DNA of 64,000 nucleotides from Haliotis cracherodii (Eukaryota). The first letter of the stretch is position 1. Each line of letters starts with the position of its first letter. Made by a program: the position numbers and the translations under genes. The stretch spans positions 53,878,001 through 53,942,000 of the forward strand of contig NW_027266275.1 in NCBI RefSeq assembly GCF_022045235.1. Direction: 5' to 3'. The notes under the pieces are model-generated. The model saw only the letters and a program-made list of their open reading frames with translations. It did no database searches and had not been told where the DNA came from. This document shows positions 1 through 14,900 of the stretch, one piece after another.

Positions 1-1400
1 AACCTTGAATATTCCCCTGGATAATGGCCTTATTGAACAGGCTCACAATACGATTAATAATTATGATTAATTACTATGTGATGAATGTTCCGATGATGAC
101 ATTAATAATTTACTAAACAAAGACATTTCGGACCAGGAGTTTGCAGCTGCCATTAAAGACTTGAAGGATAATAAAGAAACTTGCCGCGTCACTTACTAAT
201 ATCTACCTCTCTTCCATGTTTAACAGTAGCATGTCAACAGGACATTTCCAAGCAGACTGGGCCAAATTGTGCCACTTCACGAGAAAGGCAATATAACATG
301 TGTTAACAATCATAGAGGTATTTCACTTATGGGTAATTTTTGGAAAATTATTCTGTTCAATTAATAATGAACGTATTCATCTTTTTGCAAATATATATGA
401 GAAGATCCCAGTAGCTCAAGCAGGATGTAAAACTGTTCAGCTGACTGTATATTCACAGTGCAGTGCTAACTGCAGAATTACTTAACAAAGAGTGGTGGTC
501 GCTTTTATTGCCTCTTTGTGGATGTTGAAATGCATTGATGAAAAGTGATATTCATGGACGATTAGTTAATGTGATGAATATGTACTCTAAGATGATGTCT
601 GCAGTTAGAGCAATCAACACATCTATCGGGGACTACTTCAAGTGTCTTAAGTGGAGTCAAGCAATGATGTGTACTACGCCCCTCTTTTTTCATAATATTT
701 ATCTCTGAGTTTCAAATTATGCTGCAGGAACGCCGATTTGAAGGGTGTATTTGTTGGAGCTGATTTTGTAGAATTACTATTATTATCGTAATACTATACA
801 GATGACCCATGTGTATTTGACTATTCTGTGATCGGAGGAAAATAGACGTTGTACATAACTACTGTACAACATGGGGATTGCAGGTTGACATGGACAAAAC
901 GGAGATACTAGTGTTTCGGAACGGCGCTTTTCTACGGAGTTATGAAAAATGGTTCATGGATGGAAAACAAATGAAAGCATCCAGTTATTACAACTATCTA
1001 GGAGTCCTCGTCTCTACACGGTTGTCATGGACAAATTCGTCTCGAATGTTTCAGCAGTAATGCATATAATGGTTATTGGTATTGAATTTTATGTATTGAC
1101 TGTAAGTGATAAAGAATAAAGAAAGAATGTGTGCCTGCTGAGGTTGCATGTGCTGCCTTTATGTTAGATGTAAAGATGGTGAAAGTATAAACAGATTATG
1201 TGGAAAGTGTAACAGCAATAGTGCCGAAGATGAATTGCATTTTCCCGTGACTGTAGTGCATATATTATATACAGAGGTAGATACTTACCAACAAATGGTT
1301 TATCTACAGTAACTGATGAATACGAAAAGCTATTTTACAGTAATGATAAGCTTGTACTTATTAATTGTGCAAAAAATTTCAAACAGGTTTTATGTCTTAG
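1..1400 (+). mobile_element. Degenerate non-LTR retrotransposon (LINE) RT fragment
   Basis: QVDMDKTEILVFRNG...YNYLGVLVSTRLSW (RT C-terminal motifs), with stop-ridden upstream RT remnants. Confidence 0.75.
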
Positions 1401-1829
1401 AACTGAAAGCAATACCTAATCATCGTATCTTGCATATATTTTTGTATGTTTATATATTCATATTTCCATGTACACTAGTCGAGTTCATTATTGGCCCAGG
1501 AGTTATATGTGAATATGTAACTGGATCAAACTTTAGAAATCGCATAGGAATAATAATATAATGATTTTAATAACGTCATTGTGGTATTATTTCTTTTGCA
1601 GGTAGCCAATGCATGGGTGGATAGAGCTGACTAGAAGTAGTTCCTGCTGGATGACCCGCGTATTTGCATATAAAAGAAACGTGATACCATGTGTGCCAAC
1701 GTGATATTTAAAACAGTATTATGACATGATGGTGATGTATGAGTGTCGCGGAAATGTAAACTGTGTATCGTTTATTAAGAAAATCGTTCCAGAACTAGGC
1801 TTGGGGGGGGGGGGGGGGGGGGGGGGGGG

Positions 1830-2240
1830 TGCATGTCAAAGTCAAACGTAGAATATCCTTATCAACTTTTTCAAATGTTCACTCAAAGACTTATGGATAC
1901 GCTTATTCAGAAATGGAACGAGATACTTCTATTATCACCAAAATCTGATAACTTGTAATGTTTAAGTCCCAGTTTAAAACTGAAGAGTATGTCTTGAAAT
2001 AACTTCTCCCTAAATTTCGAAAATCCTTTTCACGAATAAGATATTCTTCTCATAGCCTTCAGATTGAAGAAGGAAATACACAAAAGTGCCAAAAGAATTG
2101 AGGGTATGTAAACTTTGCCACACACACGAAATTGAAAATCAATATCAGTTTTTTCTTTATATGTCCAGATTTGATCATTTGCGTAAATAATACCTTTGCC
2201 CTTATATGTGCAGAATACAGTGTTTCAGTATGTGTGAATA
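1830..2240 (+). mobile_element. LINE ORF2 3' fragment
   Basis: Broken SHSLQIEEG...RVCKLC...IENQY motif, typical of the LINE ORF2 C-terminus. Confidence 0.5.
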
Positions 2241-2454
2241 CTGATTGATTGATAGATTGATTGATTGATTATACCATGTGTATCGGATCGGTTCACAGTA
2301 TTCACGACACTACCCATTATATGATCATTTGTTTTTTCTGACTGAGACCCGTAACATGTAAATTAATATCCAAATTTAATATGTAAAATATAATCAATAT
2401 GTATTCATGTTTTGTCCATTGTTTTCTTCTTGATGAAAAAACTGTAATGTTTAC

Positions 2455-2944
2455 CTTGTTCTTTGATTCCAATGTGAAAGGTTCCATTACCCAAGGTTGC
2501 CTGTTCTTCCCCAGTGATTAAAATGGTGTAGCGTAACTCTTCTTCAAGGGCAGGGTCGTCAAACCCGGAAGCGTTGATGTCACGGGGGAGCTGGTAGTAG
2601 AGGTCAAACTCACTCTCTGTGGGGAATGTTCCATTTCTAATGTACAACTCAAGGGTGACGTTGGCCATATCGGGGATCACCGTTATCCTGAGCGTCTCGC
2701 TGTCATTTCCGGACACACTCCATGTATGGTAAACCATGGACTCGTTTCCGGTGAGGACCGGATGTACGGCCACTTTGTTACTGCCGTTACCTGTCGCGCC
2801 TATGTCGATTATTATGTCAGCGTCTAGCTTATTGACTTTCACTTCATCGCCGCCGGAGTCGTAAAGATTCATGGTGAGGATGGGGGAGTTGACACTGTCG
2901 GCGCTGTTATCCCACACGTATGGATTTAACTGGGAGGTGACGAA
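2455..2944 (-). CDS. GAIN-B exon (upstream of the expected GPS)
   Basis: [40 protein letters not shown]...[15 protein letters not shown]...[10 protein letters not shown]; G|gtaaac donor. Confidence 0.9.
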
Positions 2945-5900
2945 CTGGAACGGGAATATCGGGAAAGGTTGTTATACACATAACATTGGGTTTGCTATAC
3001 ACATAACACATAAGGGTTTTCGAATATTACCGCTGTGTCATGGCGCGGGAAGCTAGAATCGGGTCCACACGTCGTACCTTAGTGGTGAAATCCAACCTAG
3101 AAGCATCTTCCCGAGGCAAGAGAGTTAACTGACTTTAAAAGTCCAGTTCCCACCCTTGCCGAACAAGGCTGGAATTACTTGGCTCGATTGTAGCGCCACC
3201 AGTGGCTTCACACAAAATGGTGGCGCCCGGCCAGGACGATCTGATCGATAATCAAGATCTATATTGTGATATAACGGGTCTTACATCGTGATTACAAACA
3301 TGAAAAGATTTGGAAAATTTCTGCTGACAACGAGTTAGCGGTGAACATGCTTTGCAAATCCTGCAATCGACCGAAATCTGCACGACAGTTTACGAACCGG
3401 ATTTCTATTTCGGTGCACGATTTTGATTGGACAATGCACAGACTCGTTAGTCCAGCCAAAATGTAACTCCATAATACCAGCCTAGTTCGGCAAGGGTGGA
3501 AACTGGACTTTTATAGTCAGTTAACTCTCTTGCCTCGGGAAGATGACCTAGAAGACAAGCAAACGCTTTAACCACTCTCCTTTTAGCAAACAGTTTATAT
3601 ATTAACCTGAATTAATTGTGATAATATTAATATATTAGAATTAGGAGATGAATATCATTTGCCTATAGTACAAGAAAAGCAGGGATAGTTTATTTCCTAT
3701 TTATCTTCATTGGTATCCATTACGACAGAAATTTGAGAGAATGTTACTGTTATAAAGGATGTTGGTCTTTATTTAAAATAACATATGGCATTTTCTGTTT
3801 AAGCAGATTATATTAGTCTGTGAATAGATGAATTCATAGATGTATATTTCTATTCCGAAATACCCCCCTTCCAAAAAAAGCAAAAAAAACAAAAACAAAC
3901 CCTGCCCCCTTCCATTTTCTCAGTATTTTAGGTCCCTACCAAATTAAATAAAGAGGCATAATTGGTGTAATTCATCACACAAGAACTGAACAACCACTTG
4001 GCTCTTCAAGAAGTGATATACTCTCTGTGGCACTACGTTGCTACATTATAAAGTGTTCCGGTTTTTAAGTGTATTATTTGTATAATATATTGGTTCGTTG
4101 ATATATTTATTTGTTGATATCTCATTCTTTTAACATCTGCAGCACCAAAGACGTTATTGCGAAAGTTGAGGTTTTTGTTCATAAAAAATAGAACCTTGTA
4201 TTTACAAACGTACATGTGTCACTTGGCACATAATTATCATGGTAAAAATATAATTAAGCGTTTGATCATTGAGGGTATTGTGTTGATCATAAATAGGGCT
4301 TTTATTTGACCTTATATCTCAAATATAGCGTTATGCATAAACATTGTATCACACAATGGTCCCACAAATACATAATCTACATAATTGTCTAGTTCGTATA
4401 CATGTATAGAAGGTGTACCTAGGTTCCGTCCCCCGCCGTGATATTGCTGGAATATTGCTTAAAGCGGCTGAAAACCATACTCACTCACACATTGATTCGT
4501 GAAGACCCGGGGTATAATAGGTCTTCAGCATCCCATGCTTGCCGTAAATAGCGACTATGTGCTTGTCGTAAGAGGCGACTAACGGGATCGGGTGGTCAGG
4601 CTCGGTGACTTGGTTGATACATGTCATCGTATCCAAATTGCGTGGACTGATGCTCATGATATCAATCAATGGATTGTCTGGAGCAGACTCGATTATTTAC
4701 AGACCGCCGTCATATAGCTGGAATATTGCTGAGTGCGGCGTTAAATAACAAACAAAACACTCACTCATTCTTGACTCACCTTGGTGTCTATGATGTGGCT
4801 TGTGACATTCTCCGTCACTATATCCCTGGAAGATGGCAACTTGAATGACCCTTCGTCTGCAGACAAAACAGAGTTACCTAACTTCGACGTCTCCTTCCTC
4901 TCTGCAACAACAGTAAACATTTGATTCTTCATGACAACAGGTGGCGCTCCGGGGACGCGTTTCTTCAGAATTGTCTTCACCACTGAATCTGCTACTTCCA
5001 GGGCCAGTTTAGTGATTTCCCGAGCCTGTAAAAACAGAATGAAGATGAGGATGCTTCGGAATTGATCGGACAAAGATAGCACTGCGGTCTAAGGTGCCGC
5101 AACTTGCTGTACGGAGTTGCGTTCCTTAGCCGTGCCAGGAACCATTGACATTGGGTTTGTGTTCCCGTTTCGCCATATTACATTGCTTTATCAGCACAAT
5201 TCCCATATTCCCATACTCTCTGGTTTCACCAAAGTGACAACTACGACCATCGTCCCTTTTGACTTTCTCCCACGTTAAGCTGACAATGACAGCAATGAAA
5301 TACGGTTCAAAACTGACTCGCAAGAACACACACATCCTTACCCCAGAGGTAATCGTAAAGGTCCAAGAAAGTCGACTGAATTAATGCTCTGCTCTCCTTG
5401 CAGACAATGACTTTAGAGATTGCACAATAAGTTCATTTTGTGTTAATTCATCAAATTAGAATAAAAACAACACTGGACCATGATAGCGATATACTAGGAA
5501 AACCTCTAACATAGATTGGTGTCAAGTCATAACGGTCTACAAAAGATGAACACGTGTTTGACCTTTGCCTGGGACTCAGAATCAGCTTGCCAAGCTGTTG
5601 TCGAGGACCCTTGTGTTGGTGATGGATCTGTTGGTGAAGTGTCATTGGAGGCACTTCCGGTCGCTTCAGTGCGGGCTGCCAAGATGATGTTCCCAAGGGC
5701 AGCGACAATGTCTGTTGAAAAATGACATGAAAATGCAGACCATCATCTTGTCAATATTGAAAGTGTTGGTCATATACTGCTGTTGGTCCTTAACGACATC
5801 CCAGATTATCCAGTGCAAAATATATCAAGATGGCGTCTCCTTCACAAACTATTTCTTAGGGACCATTTAATATTCTGATATCCTGGGTGGCGGGGGCATT

Positions 5901-8900
5901 TTGTTAGAGACATGATTTGTTTCAAGGAAACCTCAATAAAACTGTTATAAATAAAGTTTTTACCCACAAAATATCTCTTCATTTTCAAAATATTGTTTGT
6001 TTTTTTCTTTCACTTTTTTTCAATCCAGGATGACAAGGGTATACCTTCCGCAGCCTTTAGCTCCTGCTCCACCGACTGCGGTCTCTCCTCCTCAACCATC
6101 ACCTGGAATGTGTTCGCCATCGTTGACATCGTCGCCACAGTCATGTCCTGAATGAAAAGACAAAACGTCTCGTACTATACGAGGTGCCTTTCATTGTGAT
6201 CTAAACTATGTTGCTTGTGGATAGAGACGAGTAAATTAGACAAACCTCAACGGGAAGATGAATGGCCCTTTCAAAGCTCCCTTGCATTTGTTCATGTTGG
6301 GATATCTTCTCTCAACACCCATGATGGGATTAGTTCGGTATAGCAAGGTTTGCTTCGTGTATAACCTTATCGAACGCACGCACTGATTTGTTAAAGCATA
6401 AACACAAATTGGATTAAAACTTTCAGTTCAGAGTGTTTAATACGTTCTCAACACACCAATGAAGAGGAATATTTCGTATAATATTATTAACTTATTCATA
6501 TTTGAAACAGGAACAGACCCGCCAACTGCCACGCCTCCCCTTCTTCCACGCCTCCTGCCCACCCCGCCCACTAACCTGAGCTTCCTCCGACAGCTCCGTC
6601 GTCTGATGGGTTATCACCCTAAATGCCATGGCCGTCTGCTGTAGAGAGTCGAGGGTCAAGGCGTCTGTGGTCGCCAGGGACTTCACGACCTCCGTCCGCA
6701 GCTGGACATAAAAAGCATGACATAATTTACGTTTCCTCTTCTGACAGTTCATTATCTCAAATTCTAGGTTGTAAAATCTGGTTGAAGATAGTCATCGAGT
6801 TCTACCGAGAGGCTAGAGGAATTAAAATAACACGTGGTCTAAATACGTCAACATTTCTGCACAAGTCCTTAGTACAATTTAGTATTATTTTGTGCGAGTA
6901 TACATTGTAGCGCACTGTATTTTTCTCAAAGTCTTCACCCCAGCCGTTCACCCCAGAGCGCTCGGCGGCAGCCTTTAATTCCGACTTGATTGAATCGATT
7001 TGTAACTAAATTGAGTTCTTACTATCTTTAGGTAAAATAAAATTGAGTAACTTTCAAATTCAAAACGTTCCATCCAACAATCTTATTACGATCATAGGAA
7101 ATCTGAGGACTCCTCCATGAGAAATCACCTCAGGTAAACTTTCTGTTCAGTTGCTGTTTCTAAGTTCTCAGTGTGTGTTTGTTGCTTACTTCTTCACTCC
7201 GCTATTTGACGACGTCTTGTGTATAATCCAATCTGGACAAGACAATCCAAAATGATTGATTTTATGAGCAATCAACCAACTCCGTTACATCTGGTCAACT
7301 CTTACAGTAAGCATACTATTAAGATGCTGAGAACCTCGGTATTCCCATACTCCAACAAAGTAACGAAGTCAACCGTGCCTATATCAAACATGGTCCGTAT
7401 TTACAGAAAAGAATGTTGTTATCAAGACAAGGTATGACTATGATTATGACACGTCATGTTTTATAAATGAAAACAGTCAAATACTTTGGTTAAAAAACCC
7501 AAAAGTTCTTCTCTTATACTTATAACTTTCAGCAAAAACTTTCCAAAGATATTATAATAATTTTATCTGTTGTTGACATTAATGATAAGAATGTTAAATA
7601 ATTTGAGCAATGTGTTAATTATTGGGCTAGGTATTGATTTCTGACAGTATGATATCTTGGGCATATAATGACAACATGATATTCATCTTCAATAAAGGAT
7701 CTATCGAGGGAATTGCAGAAGATACAGAGTCTGTTTTCATAGGACATATTTAGATGTCTACCTATTTCAACTGTAAGTCTAAAATTATTGCATCTGAAAT
7801 TTGTAAATAATTTTATTAAGTGGATTTGAAAGATATAATTCAGGGGTTAATAAGGATTTATACTCTTTGCAATGTTTTCATTTTGGTGATTCATTAATAG
7901 TGGTTTTGAGTTTGTTTGAATTTAAAAAGGAAAAGATTTGAATCACCAATATTGTGTGTTATCCAAACAGTACCAAAACCATACTCAAATAAAGTATTTT
8001 AAATATTGATGCCCATGTTATTCTTCCACATCATGCAAGGATTTTAACATCACATATAACTGAAGTGGAAGTCTCTCTGTATCTAAATGACGCCCTGCAC
8101 CAATATTTAATTGCTCTACACGAGTAAGTGTACTGCCACATACTGTTATTTGTGTTTTTACTGAGATTAAGATATTTTTTTACAGAATTTAGAGTGAGCT
8201 GTTTCAATAAACTTACGTTATTTAGTCCCCCATATCTTGGGGTAACCATTGTATCAAATATTTTAAACATATCCATGAGATATCACGACATGAGATCTGA
8301 CCTACTTTTTTCAGGTACCTGTTTCTTGACACGAGAGCTTTATTTGATTGTTTGGCTAAACAACTTTGAGTTCCGATCCATGATAATTTTGGAGTGAATA
8401 TATCACCTAAATTTCTGTGAAAACTTACTTCTTCAACTTCAATTTCTTTTCCTTAATAAATTACAATTTTCAGACTGAAGGTGAGGCCCGCCATTCCTAA
8501 AAGCCATTATTGTTGTTTTATCTAAATTTACTTTCATACCTGTGACTTCACAGAAGTGATCAAGTGCATTTATATTTTTTTGAAGATGATTTGTAGTGTC
8601 TGACACAGCAGAAACAACATATGCATACATGAGAGCAAAGATATTCCTCCATTTTCTATCATAACAGTGATTAACTGATTTATGAAGATAATAAATTCAA
8701 TATCGATATAGTTATCAATAAACTAGTACCCGGAGGCAGAATCTATAAGATTACTCAACCCAAACTGGCACAGGTACTCCTCTCGTGTAAATATATAAAA
8801 GATAAGAATTCAAATTTGTTTCCGAGCTCTATATGCTTACACAGGTTAATGGTTCTTTAGGACATTGTCCTTTTAAGAATAGCAGTGTTAAGTTACTCTT

Positions 8901-11900
8901 TAGAGAGTGGAAATTGTCTGACCTGTTTTTCAAAATTATGTCTTATTGTGAAAATTGGTATTGTTTTTCTTTACAGTCTCATAATAACACAACGGTGGGT
9001 ATTTAAGAAATGAATAAACATTATTTATTTTCAAGCAGGAGGGTAATTTACAGGGGGTTGGAGAGAAAAAGCACATACTTTAATAGGGATGCTTTTATGC
9101 CATTGCAAACGGATTAACCCGCAGTTTTTATGGCTTACGAAACATGAGTTTATACTTTTTCAGAATTGAAAGAAAGTCGGTTTTCACCTGATTCAGCGTG
9201 TTCACGTGCGTTTGGGAACGTGGAAAATGTAAATTTGCTATGCTAAGTAACTGATATTTGGAAAGTCTGAATTCTACGTGTCATTGTTTCCGTGACCTTC
9301 ACCTCAACTCTCTTCTGTTTTTGTTCCCTTCGCTCATCCTCTACTGCAGTTGTTTCCGTTGGAGACGCTCCCGGAACCACAGTTGTGGTATCACCTGTCG
9401 AGATGGACGCCTGAAGAAAAAACGTCATCCTTATGCATATTGCACAACCAAATATACGCATCTAATAATGAGATGCAGTAAACAGCTGTCGATAAATTTA
9501 ATATTCAAATAGTTGATGTTTCTTCAACTAAGGACATATTGATGATAAACTACCAATTGAAGATATATCTACGATTTTAACAGTTCGGGATACCCTTGCA
9601 TTTGATTGTATCCTAATACAGTTGATTAGTTAGGATAGTTTATAATAAACCCACATTTGATTATGTACTTGCATATGCATATCTCACATCTGATTTGAGA
9701 ATTCGCCTAAAATTCAATCCCTTAGGGCGTGCAAATCAAGGGCAGATAACTATGTTCCTATGAAAACCATAGAGATTTACAAAACACTCTTCCAAGAAAA
9801 TTCCCTTTATCTTGAAACTTTTAGCATTTAAAGTCGATTAACCACAGTCAACCGTTGAGGTTATCAGTAACATCCCAAAATGGTATACCCCTTTGCAGTG
9901 CCTTACCTCTGCATTGGCGCTATCTTCGTTGATAAGGGAGGCAACTGCTACAATCAACTGTTTGGCCTCCTGCTCGCGGCCTGTGGACAGCAGTGACGAC
10001 AGCGTGCTGGAGGACCCGGATGTTAGGTTCAGGTACGTCTCCACGTTCTCCTTCACCTCGGGGGGCTTTACCTGGAACAGGCGAGATGATGCGGATGTGC
10101 GTGCAGGACAATGTTACATCACTAGGAGGCAACTAACAAATTGTGATTTCACCCGAGGACATGACGCATGCTTTCGACATGTAATTAGCCCTTTTAATTG
10201 ATAATTTGAACTGAATCTAACATTCTATCAAAGCACCTGCTGTGTAATCTGTTCAAATCAATGTGACATTCTTAGTATCACAACCAACAGTACAGTATTA
10301 CAACCAACAGTACAGTATTACAACCAACAGTATAGTATTACAACCAACAGCACAGTATTACAACCAACAGTACAGTATTACAACCAACAGTACAGTATTA
10401 CAAACAACAGCACAGTATTACAACCAACAGTACAGTATTACAAACAACAGTACAGTATTACAACCAACAGTACAGTATTACAAACAACAGTACAGCATTA
10501 CAAACAACAGTACAGTATTACAAACAACAGTACAGCATTACAACCAACAGTACAGTATTACAAACAACAGCACATTATTACAACCAACAGTACAGTATTA
10601 CAAACAACAGTACAGTATTACAAACAACAGCACAGTATTACAACCAACAGTACAGTATTACAAACAACAGTACAGTATTACAAACAACAGTACAGCATTA
10701 CAACCAACAGTACAGTATTACAAACAACAGCACATTATTACAACCAACAGTACAGTATTACAAACAACAGTACAGTATTACAAACAACAGCACAGTATTA
10801 CAAACAACAGTACAGTATTACAAACAACAGTTCAGCATTACAAACAACAGTACAGCATTACAAACAACAGTACAGCATTACAAACAACAGTACAGCATTA
10901 CAAACAACAGTACAGTATTACAACCAACAGTACAGCATTACAACCAACAGTACAGTATTACAAACAACAGTACAGCATTACAAACAACAGTACAGCATTA
11001 CAAACAACAGTACAGCATTACAAACAACAGTACAGTATTACAACCAACAATACAGTATTACAACCAACAGTACAGCATTACAACCAACAGTACAGTATTA
11101 CAAACAACAGTACAGCATTACAAACAACAGTACATCATTACAAACAACAGTACAACATTACAACCAACAGTCTTGACAGTACATTTATTCACTCTGCCAA
11201 CTACTATCAACTAGTATTTTGCTTTGTTAAATATCTCGGAATATATTCACCAAACAATGGTTATACATTCATACAAATCGAATATTGACAATATGTATGA
11301 ACATAAAAGCACTATAACCTAGTTTCTACAAAGGACGAGTTGGGGCATATACATATATTATCTACGTTGTTTATAACACGCCTGGTATTCACCCTATGTT
11401 CACCCTATCTATCGCATGACGTGTGACTGTACCACTGAACCGTTAGCCAAGTCTCGTAGTGCAAAGCCGCACAACAGTGTAGCAGCGTTAGTATCGTCAG
11501 AACATGCATAAAGTATGATAATCATACTAAGTACTGCGTCTGTTGCACCAGAAACGATAATAATACTTAGTACTGCGTCTATTGCATCAAGTACGATAAT
11601 AATGCTCAGTACTGCGTCTGGTGCACCAGATACGATAATAATACTTAGTACTGCATTTGTTGCACCAGACACGATAATAAAACCAAGTACTGCATCTGTT
11701 GCACAAGATACGATGATAATACTTTGTATTGCATCTGTTGCACCAGATACGATAATAATACTTTGTATTGCATCTGTTGGACCAGATAAGACAATAATAC
11801 TAAGTACTGCTTCTGGTGTACCTGATACGATAATAATACTTAGTACTGCGTCTGGTGTACCTGATACGATAATAATACTTAGTACTGCATCTGTTGCAAC

Positions 11901-14900
11901 AGATACGATAATAAAACTAAATACTGCATCTGTTGCACCAGATAGGATAATAATACTTAGTACTGGATCTGTTGAACCAGATAAGATAATAAAACTTTGT
12001 ATTGCATCTGCTGCACCAGATACGATAATTATACTTAGTACTGCATCTGTTGCAACAGATACGATAATAATACTTAGTACTGCATCTGTTGCACAAAGTA
12101 CGATAATAAAACTAAGTACTGCATCTGTTGCACCAAGTACAATAATAATACTAAACACTGCACCTGTGTCTCCAATTTGAACTCCACAAACTCTCCGATG
12201 GGGTTGGCCACCCTGACAACGATGTCAAACATGTAATCATGGGACTCCTCTCCTATGGGGATCTGAGACTCGGGGGTGTAGGGATCTGTGCCGTAGTACA
12301 GCAGCTGCACGTCGCCCCTCCCCCGGGCGTACACCAGGAAGCGGTACAGTAGCCCTGCCCCCATGGCTTCCTCCTCCCCTGGGTTGATCCATCCTTGACA
12401 CTGGATAATCAACTTCAGCCCTAGTGAGTATGCTGAAATAAGGAAGGTTGCTTGTTCAATGCCAGTGTACCGATATGTGGCGGCTAATTGTAACAATCCT
12501 GAAGCGACATCAGTGGATTGAATAACAAGAATGTTCTTAACATTTAGAACCTAAAATAAAAACCCACTTAGCCATGAAATCAATTGCGGCTGTATGCTGT
12601 TAGAAATATTATCACACAACAGGACAGCCAGACATAGCTTTGGTGCCATAACATCCCCTGCCCTTTCTCACAGTCTAACCCCGTTCTCGTTAAATCCCAA
12701 ATGTGTTTCAATCTTGCATTGTGTATGGAAGTTCTACCGATGCCCCTGCGGGACAAAATATTCTCACTTCACACCCTTTTAGCAGACTAAAATGAGGATC
12801 GGGTTTTCACAATATGTTACCTTATAGATTGTGTGTAATCGGATCCCAACGCCATTAATCTTTGCTCATGTTATCAACCACTGAGTTACCGAGCCCTGTT
12901 TCGATTATTTACAGGTCACCCGTATAATGCTGGTACATGGCGGATTGCTGCCCCCAAACAACATCCACTGATACCGATGAAATATGTATCCACAGTTTGA
13001 ATTTTATCGTTAAAACAACTAGATTCTCTGCCAAAGCAAAACAGGTCTTAAATCAATCAAATCAATGTGCTTACCCTCCCCGGAAACGATCGTACATGTT
13101 CCCCCGTATGGTGGCTCGTTGGTGATGAAGTCGTATTCTGTAAAGCTGGGGGCGTAGCCGTGGAGGTTGGCGTCAAGTCTGAGTTGGTACTTCATGCCGT
13201 CGATGAGACTCCGAGCGAGGAACTCGACACTGGAAGAGTGCGTCCCAGTAGAGACCATGGAGTCTAGTTCGTCCACAGCCAAGTAGCCACCGAGGGTATC
13301 GTTGTATAGCAGTAGCGTCCAGTTGTTATAGATCGTGTCCAGTGGGTGACACTTCAAGCACTGGCTGGTCAAGCTGAACTCGCCAGATGGGTTGACCTTG
13401 GACTTGCAATTCACAACACAACTGCAAGGTAATCATTATGAAGTTTAACATCTTTTGTACAGCGATACAAGACATATGGATTTCAATTCAATTATTATAA
13501 TCTTCACCATACAACAGTGTATGTGTAACATGTGAAGGGATGCAGCAAGACGCTTGGTCTGCCTCTGAGAGTGTCCGCATGATGGTGAGCTGTTAATGCA
13601 AGTATTTCAACGACATCCTCTTTAGTATGGTATTGCCTATACTCTTGCCATGCTTGACAACTTTTAAGGACACTTGAGTGTACAGTAATGGACAAGTCGT
13701 CTCAACCTCCACAATGATGGTGATAAACTACTTTCACTACGACCTCTATCAGAGAATATTTTCACTTCACAGAATGTGCCTTTAGATTTAGTGAATAACG
13801 ACAAGACATATATATTCGAACCATACTTAAGAATAATTCATTATAACGGTTGAAAAAGAGTGAGCGAGTGAGTATGGTTTCACGTTACCACCAGCAATAC
13901 TCCGGCACTATAACGGAGGGGGGCACCAGATATGGGCCTCACTCATTGTACCCATTCGGGGAATTGAACCCAGACCTTCCGCACGACGGGCGAATGCTTT
14001 AACCGCTATACTATATCTCGGCCTATGACTGAAATTAATGCGTCAATATTGATAATAAATAAATACTTACGTCAGTGGAAACTCTCTTGGGTCGCCCTCA
14101 ACGATTGTAATGGCCTGTTCAAAACTGGCATTTCTATCACCTGCTGTGATATCAACTCGGAAAATGTTCGTGGTGCCAAACTCAAACTGTCGTGTGTTGA
14201 AAGAGATGTACCCATCTGTCAACGGAAGCTTACCGATGCCGGTGCCAAAACACCCAATGGATACGTTCGGGAATATACCAGATATATTCTGGGGAATCTT
14301 GATGACACCGTCAACAGCATCCTCCAACGACTCCCCCTCCTTCCTACACCACCAGACATACGTGAAGTTAACCTTGGACGAATCATCATCCGCATCTGGG
14401 TCATAGCTTTCTTCTATTGCGTTCAGTTCAAGGGTTGTGTCATAACCAACTGCTCGTCCTGCTCCACCTTTTATACGAGCCACAATGTCAGTCTGGAGGA
14501 TTCGTACAAATGTGAAATCCGAATGGGACAAACCGGAAATCCCCGCCATTGAAACATTCAAACTTATTTTGTAATCCCCAGGTTCAAAAGCCCTTGGCCG
14601 AAATAAGATCTTGAACAGCCCCGCAGACACTGACTCGGCTGGATACGGGTCGAAGATGAAATCCAGGAAGTTGTCTCCAGTTGTTATTCTGAGGATAGTC
14701 CAGTTATACTCAGCTTCGTTAGTTATCTCACAGTCGAGGTCCACTCTGCTCTCGAATACCATCCAATCAGAACGGAGTCTGGTGACAGGCTCGTCTATCT
14801 GCTGCCCTCCCCCTACAATGTGTACTATAGGGTAGTGGCAGCTCACACCACTTATAACAGCCGTTGTGTAGACTGTAGCTTCGGACACAATGTTCGTCCC

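Noticed and set aside
1803-1829. Poly-G tract as a G-quadruplex or regulatory element
   Set aside because: Homopolymer within LINE debris; length is unreliable and there is no functional support.
10263-11288. 341-aa Q/Y/T-rich ORF
   Set aside because: Translation of a 20-bp satellite that cycles through all three frames.
11409-12180. Hydrophobic 249-aa and 221-aa ORFs resembling a multi-pass membrane protein
   Set aside because: Translations of a 39-bp intronic minisatellite, open on both strands only because the unit is a multiple of 3.
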